The position numbers were made by a program, and so were the translations under genes. This document shows, piece by piece, positions 9,220 to 18,706 of a stretch of 64,000 bases of DNA (positions are counted from its first letter, which is position 1; every line of letters starts with the position of its first letter). The notes beneath the pieces are model-generated. The model was not told the origin of the DNA, ran no database searches, and was given only the letters and a program-made list of their open reading frames with translations. The stretch is from Bacillota bacterium (GTDB taxonomy: Bacteria > Bacillota > Clostridia > Christensenellales > SZUA-584), in assembly GCA_023459495.1 (NCBI GenBank), contig JAEWTL010000118.1, forward strand, positions 45,949-109,948, read 5' to 3'.

Positions 9220-11056
9220 CCCGGACCTCCGTGTCCTCTTCATACAGCGGCAGTTGGATATAAAATTTTGTCCCCTGCCCAACGCTGGATTCGAACCACA
9301 TGTTGCCCCTGAACATGCCCTTGACCGTGCTGTGAGACATATAGAGTCCCAGCCCGGTACCATGCTTCCCCTTGGTGGTAATCATTTCTTTGAAAAGACG
9401 GTCCTTCACCTTATCTTCGATGCCTTTTCCAAAGTCGCAGATCGTAATCAGCATTTTATTGCCTTCACTGGTGATCTGCAGAATGATCTCTCCGCCCTGT
9501 TCATCATAGGATTGAATGGCATTGACAATCACATTGTCCAGTATCTGAACCAGACTGTTGACATCGCCGGGAATTCGTGTCCCCCTATCCACACGTATAT
9601 CCTGTGTGAACTTACACTGGTTCCGGACGATTTCATGCTGCATAAGTATTTTAACTCTTTTCAGCATTTCGTCAAGTGTAAACCACATATGACGCTGATT
9701 CACAAATTTCGACGCCTGATCTTTTACGGTCGAAATAATATCCGACATATATCCCGTCTGCAGTTTCATCTTGCCCAGCCACTGATACATATCCTGCGCG
9801 ATCTCCGCATGATCTTCCAAACTGACTTCAGGGTCCCCAACCGACGTTTCATATTCTTTCGCAAGGTATTGCATCTGTTCGATGCCACCTGCAATAGACA
9901 TAATGGGCGTTTTTAAGTTATGCGCAATACCGCCAATCAACTGTCCCAACGACGCGAGGCGTTCACGCTCCAGCAAGATGGATTGGTTCTCCTTGATCTT
10001 CTCTACGTCGTGGACATGCTGCGTAATGTTTTTGAACAGTAAAATTACTGCCACGCATAAGGACCTTTGGATAATGGGTGTAATCTCTACAGTGTAGTAT
10101 TGACGTACGCCGTTTAAGTCCGACACTACATCCTTTACGATGGTTGTATTCGTTTCAAGAGAACTTTGCGCCATTTCCGAAAAATCTCTGGGACCGAGTT
10201 GGCTGGGACCTGCTTCAGCAATGACGCTGCTCAATTTGACACCTTTTCGGATCATACTAAGATAATAAAAGTTATCCATAAATGTATGATTGAAATCCAA
10301 CACGTTCATGTCCTTATCCAGCACAATGAAGCTATCAGAAATCCGGTTAATCACCGTTTGCAGAGCAATCGGTGAAACTTTAAGCAGATTGAAGCGGAAC
10401 ATGCCCAATAGATACAAAGCCATTGTTGCAGAAAATGCAATAGGCGTTGAATAAACGTCAAAACCTAAAAGTTTGAATGTATATAGTACATTTGCTACTG
10501 TAGGAATAATACTTCCGATTAAAATAAGTACTGCCTGTGCTGAGAGTATGCCATTACTCTTTATTGCATACACGCTGAGTAACACAAAACCAACAAGCAT
10601 TAACGTATAGGAATATGCTGCATGGATATAAAAGTACCATCCGCATACATTTTCATTGTTCGGCGAATCTACTGCATATGTGATATAGAACAAGTGATGA
10701 CTTTCATTTGTCCAAATTATTAATAATGTAATAATCGGTACGATATACAATAGCCAGTATACCTTCGTTAATTGCTTGTCCGAATAGACTTTACCTAAAA
10801 AGATTAACGATACTGGTATCGTAGCAGATCCTATGTATGTTACTTTCTCCCAGAACTTCCACGCCTCTTTATTACCCTGCTTGTAGGCAAGACCAAGAAG
10901 GATTACTGCCAGAGTCCAGATAAATATCTGGACGACAATTGTTATGAAATGATAATGTAATGGCTTTTTGTTTTTTGCCAGTGCCAAATAGACGCACATA
11001 AATATCAACAGTACACTGGTAGCACAAGTTATATAAAATGATGGATCCATACGCAT
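9212..11056 (-). CDS. Sensor histidine kinase with a 7-TM N-terminal sensor domain
   Basis: About 7 hydrophobic helices, a PAS-like segment, a HisKA H-box (GGIAHNLKTP) and HATPase_c (GKGI...GTGLGLY). Confidence 0.85.
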   Translation of the reverse strand: MRMDPSFYITCATSVLLIFMCVYLALAKNKKPLHYHFITIVVQIFIWTLAVILLGLAYKQGNKEAWKFWEKVTYIGSATIPVSLIFLGKVYSDKQLTKVYWLLYIVPIITLLIIWTNESHHLFYITYAVDSPNNENVCGWYFYIHAAYSYTLMLVGFVLLSVYAIKSNGILSAQAVLILIGSIIPTVANVLYTFKLLGFDVYSTPIAFSATMALYLLGMFRFNLLKVSPIALQTVINRISDSFIVLDKDMNVLDFNHTFMDNFYYLSMIRKGVKLSSVIAEAGPSQLGPRDFSEMAQSSLETNTTIVKDVVSDLNGVRQYYTVEITPIIQRSLCVAVILLFKNITQHVHDVEKIKENQSILLERERLASLGQLIGGIAHNLKTPIMSIAGGIEQMQYLAKEYETSVGDPEVSLEDHAEIAQDMYQWLGKMKLQTGYMSDIISTVKDQASKFVNQRHMWFTLDEMLKRVKILMQHEIVRNQCKFTQDIRVDRGTRIPGDVNSLVQILDNVIVNAIQSYDEQGGEIILQITSEGNKMLITICDFGKGIEDKVKDRLFKEMITTKGKHGTGLGLYMSHSTVKGMFRGNMWFESSVGQGTKFYIQLPLYEEDTEVRDA

Positions 11057-11058
11057 TG

Positions 11059-14000
11059 CTACACCCCCGTAATTCCCTTCTCTTTTATAGTGTTTAAGAA
11101 AGATGCAATGTACCCTTCATCAATAACAGGCCATTCAAATCCAAGCCGTTCTAAAATCTGGTGCGTCTTTTTTGCTGTTATAATGATATTTTCATTAGCT
11201 TGGTCACCAGAAATATCTTCAATAATACCGGTCAGCCGTGACAAACTTCCTTTCTTACTCATCAAAATGACCCGTTGCATAAACTCCCGTCCGGATAGGA
11301 TCTCAATTCTGTATCCATTCATTTCAATTAATGCTATCACTTCCGCTAATGTCATAATGTTTGTATTAAACACATGAAATACAGGCAACTTCGTTTCCAC
11401 TGAGGCAAGTAACAGTATTGCATTAGCACATATATCCACAGGCGTCATTTCAATGCGGGTGTCCAGCATCTCAATGGGTATACATCCGATATCGCAAATC
11501 GTTAAGAGTCGGTTGGCAAAAGCATTCTTTTCCGGATGGTATTGAAATCTGCCATTCATGCTTACCGTTAATACACCAACACGGAAAATACGCGCGTTAA
11601 GACCTTGTTCGATGGCCTTAAGTACGATCTCCTCGGATAGAAACTTACTCTTCACGTATTCGTTATCTTCATAGTTTTGTCCGATGTCAAAATAATTCTC
11701 ATGGAATTCCCCTCGACGCATCGGGTCATCCCGATATTGTGTTCCCGATACACTAACGGTGGAAACATGAAGCAGTACGGCTTTAGCATCTTTTACGAAT
11801 TCTACAATATTCCGTGTACCCTCTACGTTTATTTGTTGGAATACCGTTGAATAACCGATGTGGTCTGTTACCGCAGCACAATGGAAGACTGTGTCAATTT
11901 CCATCAGCTCATTATATTGGTGCACAGCTATTCCCAAATGATGCTGGGTGATATCGCCCTGCACGATTTGAACGTTTGCCATCATCTTTTGTGCACTGCT
12001 TCCAAAATAAAAAACCAAAACTTCACGCAATCGTGCTGTGCATTCCTTATGACTCTTCCCGCGTACCAGACAACAGATTTTACTTTCGCCTTTTTCAATC
12101 AGTTCGGCAAGTATATGCGCACCAAGATAACCGGTGGCTCCGGTAATTAGTATGTTCTTCATGTCCGGTGGTGTAATATGCCGATATTCTTTGATGTAAA
12201 CCTTTTCGTTTTCCGTTTTGCGTACAGTTTTTGCAGTGTTCAACCTTGAACATACACCGCGCAGCGTCTGATACTCGTAAAAATCCTGAGTCCGAATCGT
12301 CCACCCATACTGCAGCAAAGCAGCCTGTACCTTGATTACGCCCAACGAATCGCCGCCCAGCGCAAAGAAACTGTCCCCCGGCTGTACAGCGCTGATCTTC
12401 AATATTCTTGACCATATCCGCGCCATGATCTTTTCTGATTTAGTCAGCTTTTCATGGGGGGTATTATCCTGCGGCTGAGCCTCATTGTCTGGGCGAGTCA
12501 ACAGTTTTCTGTTTACTTTTCCATTCAACGTAAGCGGCAGCTCCGACATCCCAATGAAAAATGACGGCACCATATATGAAGGCAGCTTCTTTGACAGGTA
12601 TTTCCTCAGCATGTCAGGCGTTATGCCCTGCTTTGTCGCGTAATACGCACAGAGAAATTTGTTTACTCCCTCGTCCCAGTCCTTTACAACCGCTTCGCTT
12701 ACTCCTTTAACTTCGCGTATCGCCGCTTCAATTTCTCCCAGCTCGATGCGCAGCCCGCGAATCTTCACCTGATGATCCACGCGGCCCTTTATCTCCATTT
12801 CGCCATTTTCCATAAAAGCACAGATATCACCCGACTGATACATAGTCTTTCCGGGCCAGTATGGATCCGGAGTAAATTTCTCCCGATTAAGCTCATCACG
12901 ATTGATATAACCAGTAGCTACACAGGCACCGCTGATATAAGCCTCACCCAACACGCCCATGGGTACCGGGCGGCGATACTTATCCAGTATATACATCCGC
13001 GTATTAATGATGGGCCTTCCAATCGTAATATGGGATGTGTGTGACAGGTCTTTAAAAGTACAGTATACCGTGGTTTCCGTCGGACCATATCCGCTGATAA
13101 TACGCGCATCTGTATATTTTTTAAGCAGCTTAAGAAGCGACAACGGGAATTCTTCCCCGCCGAGCACAATCTTCTGTATATTTCTTTTGGCTGCCGCACG
13201 AAAGGACGGATCGCTCATCATAATGCGCATACGCGTGGGCGTTGTTTGTATAAACTTCACTTGCTCAGTCTCGATTAATTCTGCAAGCATATGGGGCTGT
13301 CGCAACTCTTCTTCGGTACACAGCACCACGGTACATCCGAACAGTAAGGGCAGCAACGCATCAATCACAAAAATATCAAAAGAAACAGTAGTTACCGATA
13401 CGCTTGTCTGGCTGCTGTCATAACAGATCGTCGTCTTTGTACCTTCATACAGATTAAGCAGTGCTCTTCTGGGCAATACGCCGCCCTTGGGTATGCCTGT
13501 CGAACCGGATGTATAGATCATATAAGCAGCATCTTCCGGTCGGTCGATCGCATCCAGATTCTCTGCGTCTCCATTATCAGGCACATCCTTTAGATTCAGC
13601 ACATCACCATTGAACGGTATATTCACAGGGCTGTCGGTCAGTATAATCTTAGTATCGCTGTCTTCCAGCATAAAGGAAACCCGATCGTTGGGATAGGTGG
13701 GGTCTAGCGGAAGATACCCGCCGCCCGCTTTCAGCACACCCATTAACCCTGCCACCATATCAAATGAACGCCGTACATACAGCGCAACGATTGTGTTCCG
13801 CTGGACGCCCATCTCGCGAAGACGGTGCGCGATTTGGTTAGCCCGGTTATTGAGCTCCCAAAACGTCATGCGCTTTCCTTCTATAATCAGTGCAGCTTTG
13901 TCTCGGGAGGCTGTTGCAAGCGACTCAAGCAGCGATTGGATCGTAACGTTAAAATCAAGCGGCATATCCGTCTGGTTAAACCCCTGCGTGACCTGCCAGA

Positions 14001-17000
14001 GTTCCTGCGGCGACATCATCTCGACTCCTGCAATACACGTCTCAGGTGATTCCGGAAGAATGGTGAACAGCCGACAGAAATGTCCAGCCATGCGTTGGAT
14101 CGTGGACCGCTTAAACAGCCGCTTATTGTATTCAAAATAGCACTGTACTCCTTCTTCATCTTCGTACAGTTCCAGTGTGATATCGAACTTGGCAAAGCCC
14201 GGGTCAAACGGGTATATAGCCGTATTTGTGCCGTCCAGAGATACCTGCATATCCTTTTTCGCTACAATCAGCATCGTATCAAAAAGCGGGTTGCGGCTAT
14301 AGTCCCGTGGCAGTGCGATATCAGCGATCATGCGCTCCAGCGGACAATCTTCATTGGAGAAAGCAGCTGCACAGTATTTCGCTACACTGGCAAAGAAATC
14401 TGCAAAGCTAAGGTCTCCGCGTGGGAAGCATCGCATCGGAAGCGTGTTGATGAATACGCCCGCCATATCACGAAGCTCATCCCGCGTCCGGCCGGATATC
14501 GGCGTGCCTACAATAATATCCTCTTGTCCGGTATACTTCATCAGGAAGACATTGTAGACTGCGAGTACGGCCATAAACAATGTGCCGCCATGCTGTGCTG
14601 CGAATGACTGAAGCGCTTCTTTGGCACCCTTTCCGATTCGGAACGCATGCCGAACGCCATCAAATCGCTGTTCCGCCGGACGCGGCCGGTCGGTATGCAA
14701 ATTCAGCAACGGCAGCTCGCCCGAAAGCACGTTCTTCCAGTAATCCCGCTGTATGTTCATACTGTCGGAATGCAGAAACTCTTGCTGCCATAGCGCATAA
14801 TCCTTATATTCCAACGGCCTTTGCGCAAGCTTTTCGCCCTTGTATAGCGCAGCAAGATCGCTAAACAGTATCTTCTGGGAGCGCTGATCGCTGATGATAT
14901 GATGCACATCAATAAACAATACGTGCCGCCGTGGCGCAGTCTTGATCAGAGCGGCATGCATCAGCGGTGCGGTCCCTAAATCGAAGGGCCGGATAAGCCC
15001 TTTCAATGTACTTCTCAGCGCTTTTCGTTCACATTCCAAGGCTTCCAGAACAAGCTTTGCTTTTTTATGAATCTGCTGCCTTAAATCCGCACCGCGCAGT
15101 ACAAAGGATGTACGCAGCGTTTCATAATAATCCACCAGCCTCTGGAAGGCCGACTGAAGCCTGTAAATGTCTATATCGCCTGTAATTTCAAACGCAAGAG
15201 GTATGTTGTAAGCGACAGACCCCTTATCAGCCTGGGCTAAAATCCACATGCGCTGCTGAGCCGAAGACACCGGATAGTCATGCTGTACAGGCGCACAGAG
15301 TATAGGGCTATATGAGGATTCTTCCGCAGCGTCAATCACAGCCGCCATGTCGGCCAGCCGAGGGGCATTGTACACTTCCTCGTGGCGAAATGCGACATGG
15401 AACTGCTGCTCGATCTGCGTCATTACATTCAGTATGCTCAGGGAGTCTCCGCCCACATCAAAGAAACTGTCGTTACGGCTGATTCGTTCCAGTCCCAGCT
15501 CGGCGCCCCATATTTCCGCCAACAACCGTTCTGTAGCGGTTTCCGGCGGCTGATAGTCCTCTTTCTGATCTTCCAGATACGCCATAGGATCAGGGAGCTT
15601 ATTCCGGTCCACCTTGCCGCTGTTATTGTAAGGCAGACTGTCCACAGTTATAAATATGGACGGAATCATGTACGCGGGCAAGTCCCGGCTCAGCTGCGCC
15701 TTAATATCCACGCTCTTGGGCGGATTACCGCAAAGATACGCGCAGAGGAAGCGGCTTCCCGCTGCGTCGTTTGTATAGGCAGTCACTGCGCTGGAAGTAA
15801 CACCCGGGATGCTGAGCAGCCGATTTTCCACCTCGCCTAATTCAATTCTGAAGCCGCGTATCTTCACCTGTTTATCGATGCGGCCCAAAAATTCAATCTC
15901 ACCAAGCGGATACCAGCGCGTGAGATCCCCTGTGCGGTAAAGTTTCATGCCCGGCTCAAACGGGTTGTCAATAAACCGCGTGCTATTCAGTTCCGGCTTG
16001 TTAAGGTAACCACGAGCTACACCTGGTCCTCCGATATACAGCTCGCCTGGTACTCCAATAGGCACTGGGTTGTGGTGCGGGTCGAGGATATACGCCTTAA
16101 CATCCGGCATCGGCCGTCCAATGTTTGGGACGGCGGCATGCGAAACTTCAGCCAAGGTACAGCATATAGTGATCTCCGTGGGACCATACATATTCGTAAT
16201 ACGTGCCTGTGTACACTGCTGAATCTGTGCTAAAAGCTTTTCAGTCAGCACGTCTCCGCCTAAGCCGATTTCGCGAAAATTCGCAAGGCATTCCGGTCTT
16301 TGACGGTCCGACAAAAGTAATTCCATCCGTCCCGGCGTCACCACCATCATGTTAACATTGGCGGACTGTATCAGCCGGACCATGTTGCGGGGCACGGTCA
16401 CTTCGTGTTCCTGTGCCATTACCAAAGTCAGGCCGCTCGTCAGCGCGAGCGTATACTCCATGACACTGATGTCAAACGAAATCGATGAAGCGCAAAGAAG
16501 CCTGCCGCCTGGCGAAAGGTCCCAAAGTTCCTGCATCGAATACACAAAGTGCACGATCGAACGGTGTTCAATCTGCACGCCTTTGGGCTGTCCGGTTGAG
16601 CCGGAGGTGTATATCACATATGCGAGGCTGTCCGGTGTACAGTCGGATTTGACCTTGCCTGCGGAAGGGATTCTCAAATCCGTCCGAACAACATGCAAAC
16701 CGAGGTCATTAGGGCACTTGTATTCGTACTCTGGCGATACAATTACAATTTTTGCGCCGCTGTCGGCCAGCATGTATGCGATGCGCTCTGCCGGAATATC
16801 CGTATCAATGGGCTGAAATGCGCCGCCTGCTTTGAGGATTGCCGCCACTGCGATGCAGTAATGAATATTACGACTCACCAAAAGGCCCACGATGCTGTCC
16901 CTGCGGACGCCGAGGCTGTAAAGATGGGCAGCCAGGGCGTCGGAGCGTTCGTCCAAATCGCGATAGGTCATCGTACTGCCTGCACAGACTACCGCTGGTG

Positions 17001-18426
17001 CGTCGGGGTCTTTATCAAAGCCGTGCTGTAGAAGCTCCGTCAGCGTTTCGCCCTGTGGATAGCTGCGTGCGGTGTCGTTGAAGCGATAGAGGATTCTTTT
17101 GCGCTCTTCCTCGCCCAATAAGTCCAGCATATAGAGCGGCTTGTCGGGATGGTTGATCATATCGCGGACGATATTGGCTAAATGGATATGGAAATATTCG
17201 ATCTCCTTATCGTGGAAAAGTGGCGTAAGATGGTCGTAGTCGAGGATGAAGCGCCCTTCGTCTTCACGGTCGTTCACATGGATGCTGAGCGCGCCGGCCT
17301 GGCTGCCCGAAAAATGCCAGCGGCCCTCATAATTAAAGTGCTCAGAATTCTTCTGGAACTTCCCGTATTGGTAAGAAAGCGTAACGTCATAGAGCTCATC
17401 AAGATTCTTGTATTTTTGATGCAACTCATGCATGAGTATATCGAAAGGATATTTCTGATGCTTCAGCGCGGAAAACCACTCGTTGGATACGATTTGGGAA
17501 AACTCCGTAAAGGAAAGCTCATCGGACAACGCAATGCGCACAGGGACCATACTCACGAACATGCCAAACATGGACTTTTCATCCAGCGTCGTACGGTTTG
17601 CGACTGGCGCGCCGATGATGATATCGTTTTTCCCGGTGACGCGGTTGATATAAATCGCCAAAGCGGACAGGAACATCGCATATACGGAAATACCCGCCTT
17701 CCGGCAGTATCCCCGCATTTTCCCGGAAAACGATTCTGGGAGAATAAACACCTTGCGCTGTGCGTCAACGCACATATCGGTGGTCTTCTTCGGCTTCAAT
17801 ATGGTGGGCTCGGAAAGCTGCTCGAACCGATTCGTCCAGTAATCCCGGTCATATGCATAGCGTTTAGACTGAAGATATTGCTGCTCTGCCGAGATATAAT
17901 CGATGTATGACGGATGAGAAGCAGCCGCCGGTTCATGGCCCTCCAGCAGCTGCCGGTAGTTATCCATTACTTGATTAGAAAACTCTACAATGGAGTTGGC
18001 ATCGGATATAATATGGTGGAACTTGGCGTACAGCCAGCATTCCCCTGAGCCAACATTTAATAAGGCAAAATAGTATAGTCGGCTGTCGATAAGCGGCATT
18101 GGGGTCTTGGTCTGCAAGCTGTCCCATTCGAACAGTTTTTCAAGGCTGAGGCCCGAAAAATCCAGCGTCTCCGCGTGGTATGGTTCATATGGAGCGACAT
18201 ACTGATAGGGTGCGCCTCTGTCAGTGCTGACACGCAGCCGAATTGATTCGTTCTCCTGTAAAAATATGTTCAAGGCCCGGTCCAGCAGCGCATAATCGAT
18301 ATGGCCTTTAATTTTAAGTGTTCCGGCATTGTTCCACATCCCGGTTCCGGGATGCAGTTTCTCGGTATACCATATGCGCTGCTGCGGATGGGTGAGCTCG
18401 TATTTAACCGGATGATCCATAACCAT
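11059..18426 (-). CDS. Bimodular nonribosomal peptide synthetase, C-A-T-C-A-T-R (terminal thioester reductase)
   Basis: Two C domains (HHIISDANS, HHIISDQRS). Two A domains (YTSGSTGQPKG, YTSGSTGIPKG, GELYIGG / GEAYISG). Two T domains (FFDVGGDSLS, FFALGGDSLG). C-terminal NAD(P)-binding reductase (ILITGATGYLGAHIL). Confidence 0.95.
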   Translation of the reverse strand: MVMDHPVKYELTHPQQRIWYTEKLHPGTGMWNNAGTLKIKGHIDYALLDRALNIFLQENESIRLRVSTDRGAPYQYVAPYEPYHAETLDFSGLSLEKLFEWDSLQTKTPMPLIDSRLYYFALLNVGSGECWLYAKFHHIISDANSIVEFSNQVMDNYRQLLEGHEPAAASHPSYIDYISAEQQYLQSKRYAYDRDYWTNRFEQLSEPTILKPKKTTDMCVDAQRKVFILPESFSGKMRGYCRKAGISVYAMFLSALAIYINRVTGKNDIIIGAPVANRTTLDEKSMFGMFVSMVPVRIALSDELSFTEFSQIVSNEWFSALKHQKYPFDILMHELHQKYKNLDELYDVTLSYQYGKFQKNSEHFNYEGRWHFSGSQAGALSIHVNDREDEGRFILDYDHLTPLFHDKEIEYFHIHLANIVRDMINHPDKPLYMLDLLGEEERKRILYRFNDTARSYPQGETLTELLQHGFDKDPDAPAVVCAGSTMTYRDLDERSDALAAHLYSLGVRRDSIVGLLVSRNIHYCIAVAAILKAGGAFQPIDTDIPAERIAYMLADSGAKIVIVSPEYEYKCPNDLGLHVVRTDLRIPSAGKVKSDCTPDSLAYVIYTSGSTGQPKGVQIEHRSIVHFVYSMQELWDLSPGGRLLCASSISFDISVMEYTLALTSGLTLVMAQEHEVTVPRNMVRLIQSANVNMMVVTPGRMELLLSDRQRPECLANFREIGLGGDVLTEKLLAQIQQCTQARITNMYGPTEITICCTLAEVSHAAVPNIGRPMPDVKAYILDPHHNPVPIGVPGELYIGGPGVARGYLNKPELNSTRFIDNPFEPGMKLYRTGDLTRWYPLGEIEFLGRIDKQVKIRGFRIELGEVENRLLSIPGVTSSAVTAYTNDAAGSRFLCAYLCGNPPKSVDIKAQLSRDLPAYMIPSIFITVDSLPYNNSGKVDRNKLPDPMAYLEDQKEDYQPPETATERLLAEIWGAELGLERISRNDSFFDVGGDSLSILNVMTQIEQQFHVAFRHEEVYNAPRLADMAAVIDAAEESSYSPILCAPVQHDYPVSSAQQRMWILAQADKGSVAYNIPLAFEITGDIDIYRLQSAFQRLVDYYETLRTSFVLRGADLRQQIHKKAKLVLEALECERKALRSTLKGLIRPFDLGTAPLMHAALIKTAPRRHVLFIDVHHIISDQRSQKILFSDLAALYKGEKLAQRPLEYKDYALWQQEFLHSDSMNIQRDYWKNVLSGELPLLNLHTDRPRPAEQRFDGVRHAFRIGKGAKEALQSFAAQHGGTLFMAVLAVYNVFLMKYTGQEDIIVGTPISGRTRDELRDMAGVFINTLPMRCFPRGDLSFADFFASVAKYCAAAFSNEDCPLERMIADIALPRDYSRNPLFDTMLIVAKKDMQVSLDGTNTAIYPFDPGFAKFDITLELYEDEEGVQCYFEYNKRLFKRSTIQRMAGHFCRLFTILPESPETCIAGVEMMSPQELWQVTQGFNQTDMPLDFNVTIQSLLESLATASRDKAALIIEGKRMTFWELNNRANQIAHRLREMGVQRNTIVALYVRRSFDMVAGLMGVLKAGGGYLPLDPTYPNDRVSFMLEDSDTKIILTDSPVNIPFNGDVLNLKDVPDNGDAENLDAIDRPEDAAYMIYTSGSTGIPKGGVLPRRALLNLYEGTKTTICYDSSQTSVSVTTVSFDIFVIDALLPLLFGCTVVLCTEEELRQPHMLAELIETEQVKFIQTTPTRMRIMMSDPSFRAAAKRNIQKIVLGGEEFPLSLLKLLKKYTDARIISGYGPTETTVYCTFKDLSHTSHITIGRPIINTRMYILDKYRRPVPMGVLGEAYISGACVATGYINRDELNREKFTPDPYWPGKTMYQSGDICAFMENGEMEIKGRVDHQVKIRGLRIELGEIEAAIREVKGVSEAVVKDWDEGVNKFLCAYYATKQGITPDMLRKYLSKKLPSYMVPSFFIGMSELPLTLNGKVNRKLLTRPDNEAQPQDNTPHEKLTKSEKIMARIWSRILKISAVQPGDSFFALGGDSLGVIKVQAALLQYGWTIRTQDFYEYQTLRGVCSRLNTAKTVRKTENEKVYIKEYRHITPPDMKNILITGATGYLGAHILAELIEKGESKICCLVRGKSHKECTARLREVLVFYFGSSAQKMMANVQIVQGDITQHHLGIAVHQYNELMEIDTVFHCAAVTDHIGYSTVFQQINVEGTRNIVEFVKDAKAVLLHVSTVSVSGTQYRDDPMRRGEFHENYFDIGQNYEDNEYVKSKFLSEEIVLKAIEQGLNARIFRVGVLTVSMNGRFQYHPEKNAFANRLLTICDIGCIPIEMLDTRIEMTPVDICANAILLLASVETKLPVFHVFNTNIMTLAEVIALIEMNGYRIEILSGREFMQRVILMSKKGSLSRLTGIIEDISGDQANENIIITAKKTHQILERLGFEWPVIDEGYIASFLNTIKEKGITGV

Positions 18427-18478
18427 ATGCCTTCCCTGCCCTGTATTGCTGTCGAATTTTTGGCTATGCAGTCAACTT

Positions 18479-18706
18479 TTACGACTGCAATTTTTCCAAA
18501 TAGTCCGTAATATCCTTAACACGCGAAAAGCCGCGGATATCCTTCTCAGGCACCACGACATCAAACGCTACCTCAAATGCGCAAACCAGTTCCACGAGAT
18601 CCAAAGAGTTTATTGGCAGGTCCGCAAGCAGCTCCGTCTCAGGCGTAATCGTAATCCCGCCGCAGTCCACGTGTTCCTCAATGATCTCTTTTACTTTATC
18701 AAACAT
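18479..18706 (-). CDS. Stand-alone acyl carrier protein
   Basis: 75 aa and acidic, with a phosphopantetheine-attachment-like motif LPINSLDLVELV. Sits between the acyl-AMP ligase and the NRPS. Confidence 0.8.
   Translation of the reverse strand: MFDKVKEIIEEHVDCGGITITPETELLADLPINSLDLVELVCAFEVAFDVVVPEKDIRGFSRVKDITDYLEKLQS

Noticed and set aside
7678-9363. 48-aa N-terminal extension of the response regulator, and similar long N-termini of msrAB (to 61387), mutY (to 62375), endolysin (to 22267), MuB-like (to 53220) and ORF 51563-51913
   Set aside because: In each case the extension overlaps the upstream gene in another frame and lacks an RBS, while an internal ATG with a GGAGG-type RBS begins the conserved domain.
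11059-18426. More than 20 plus- and minus-strand ORFs (60-242 aa) inside the NRPS gene
   Set aside because: All lie within or antisense to a continuous 2455-aa ORF carrying a full set of NRPS motifs. They are shadow ORFs.
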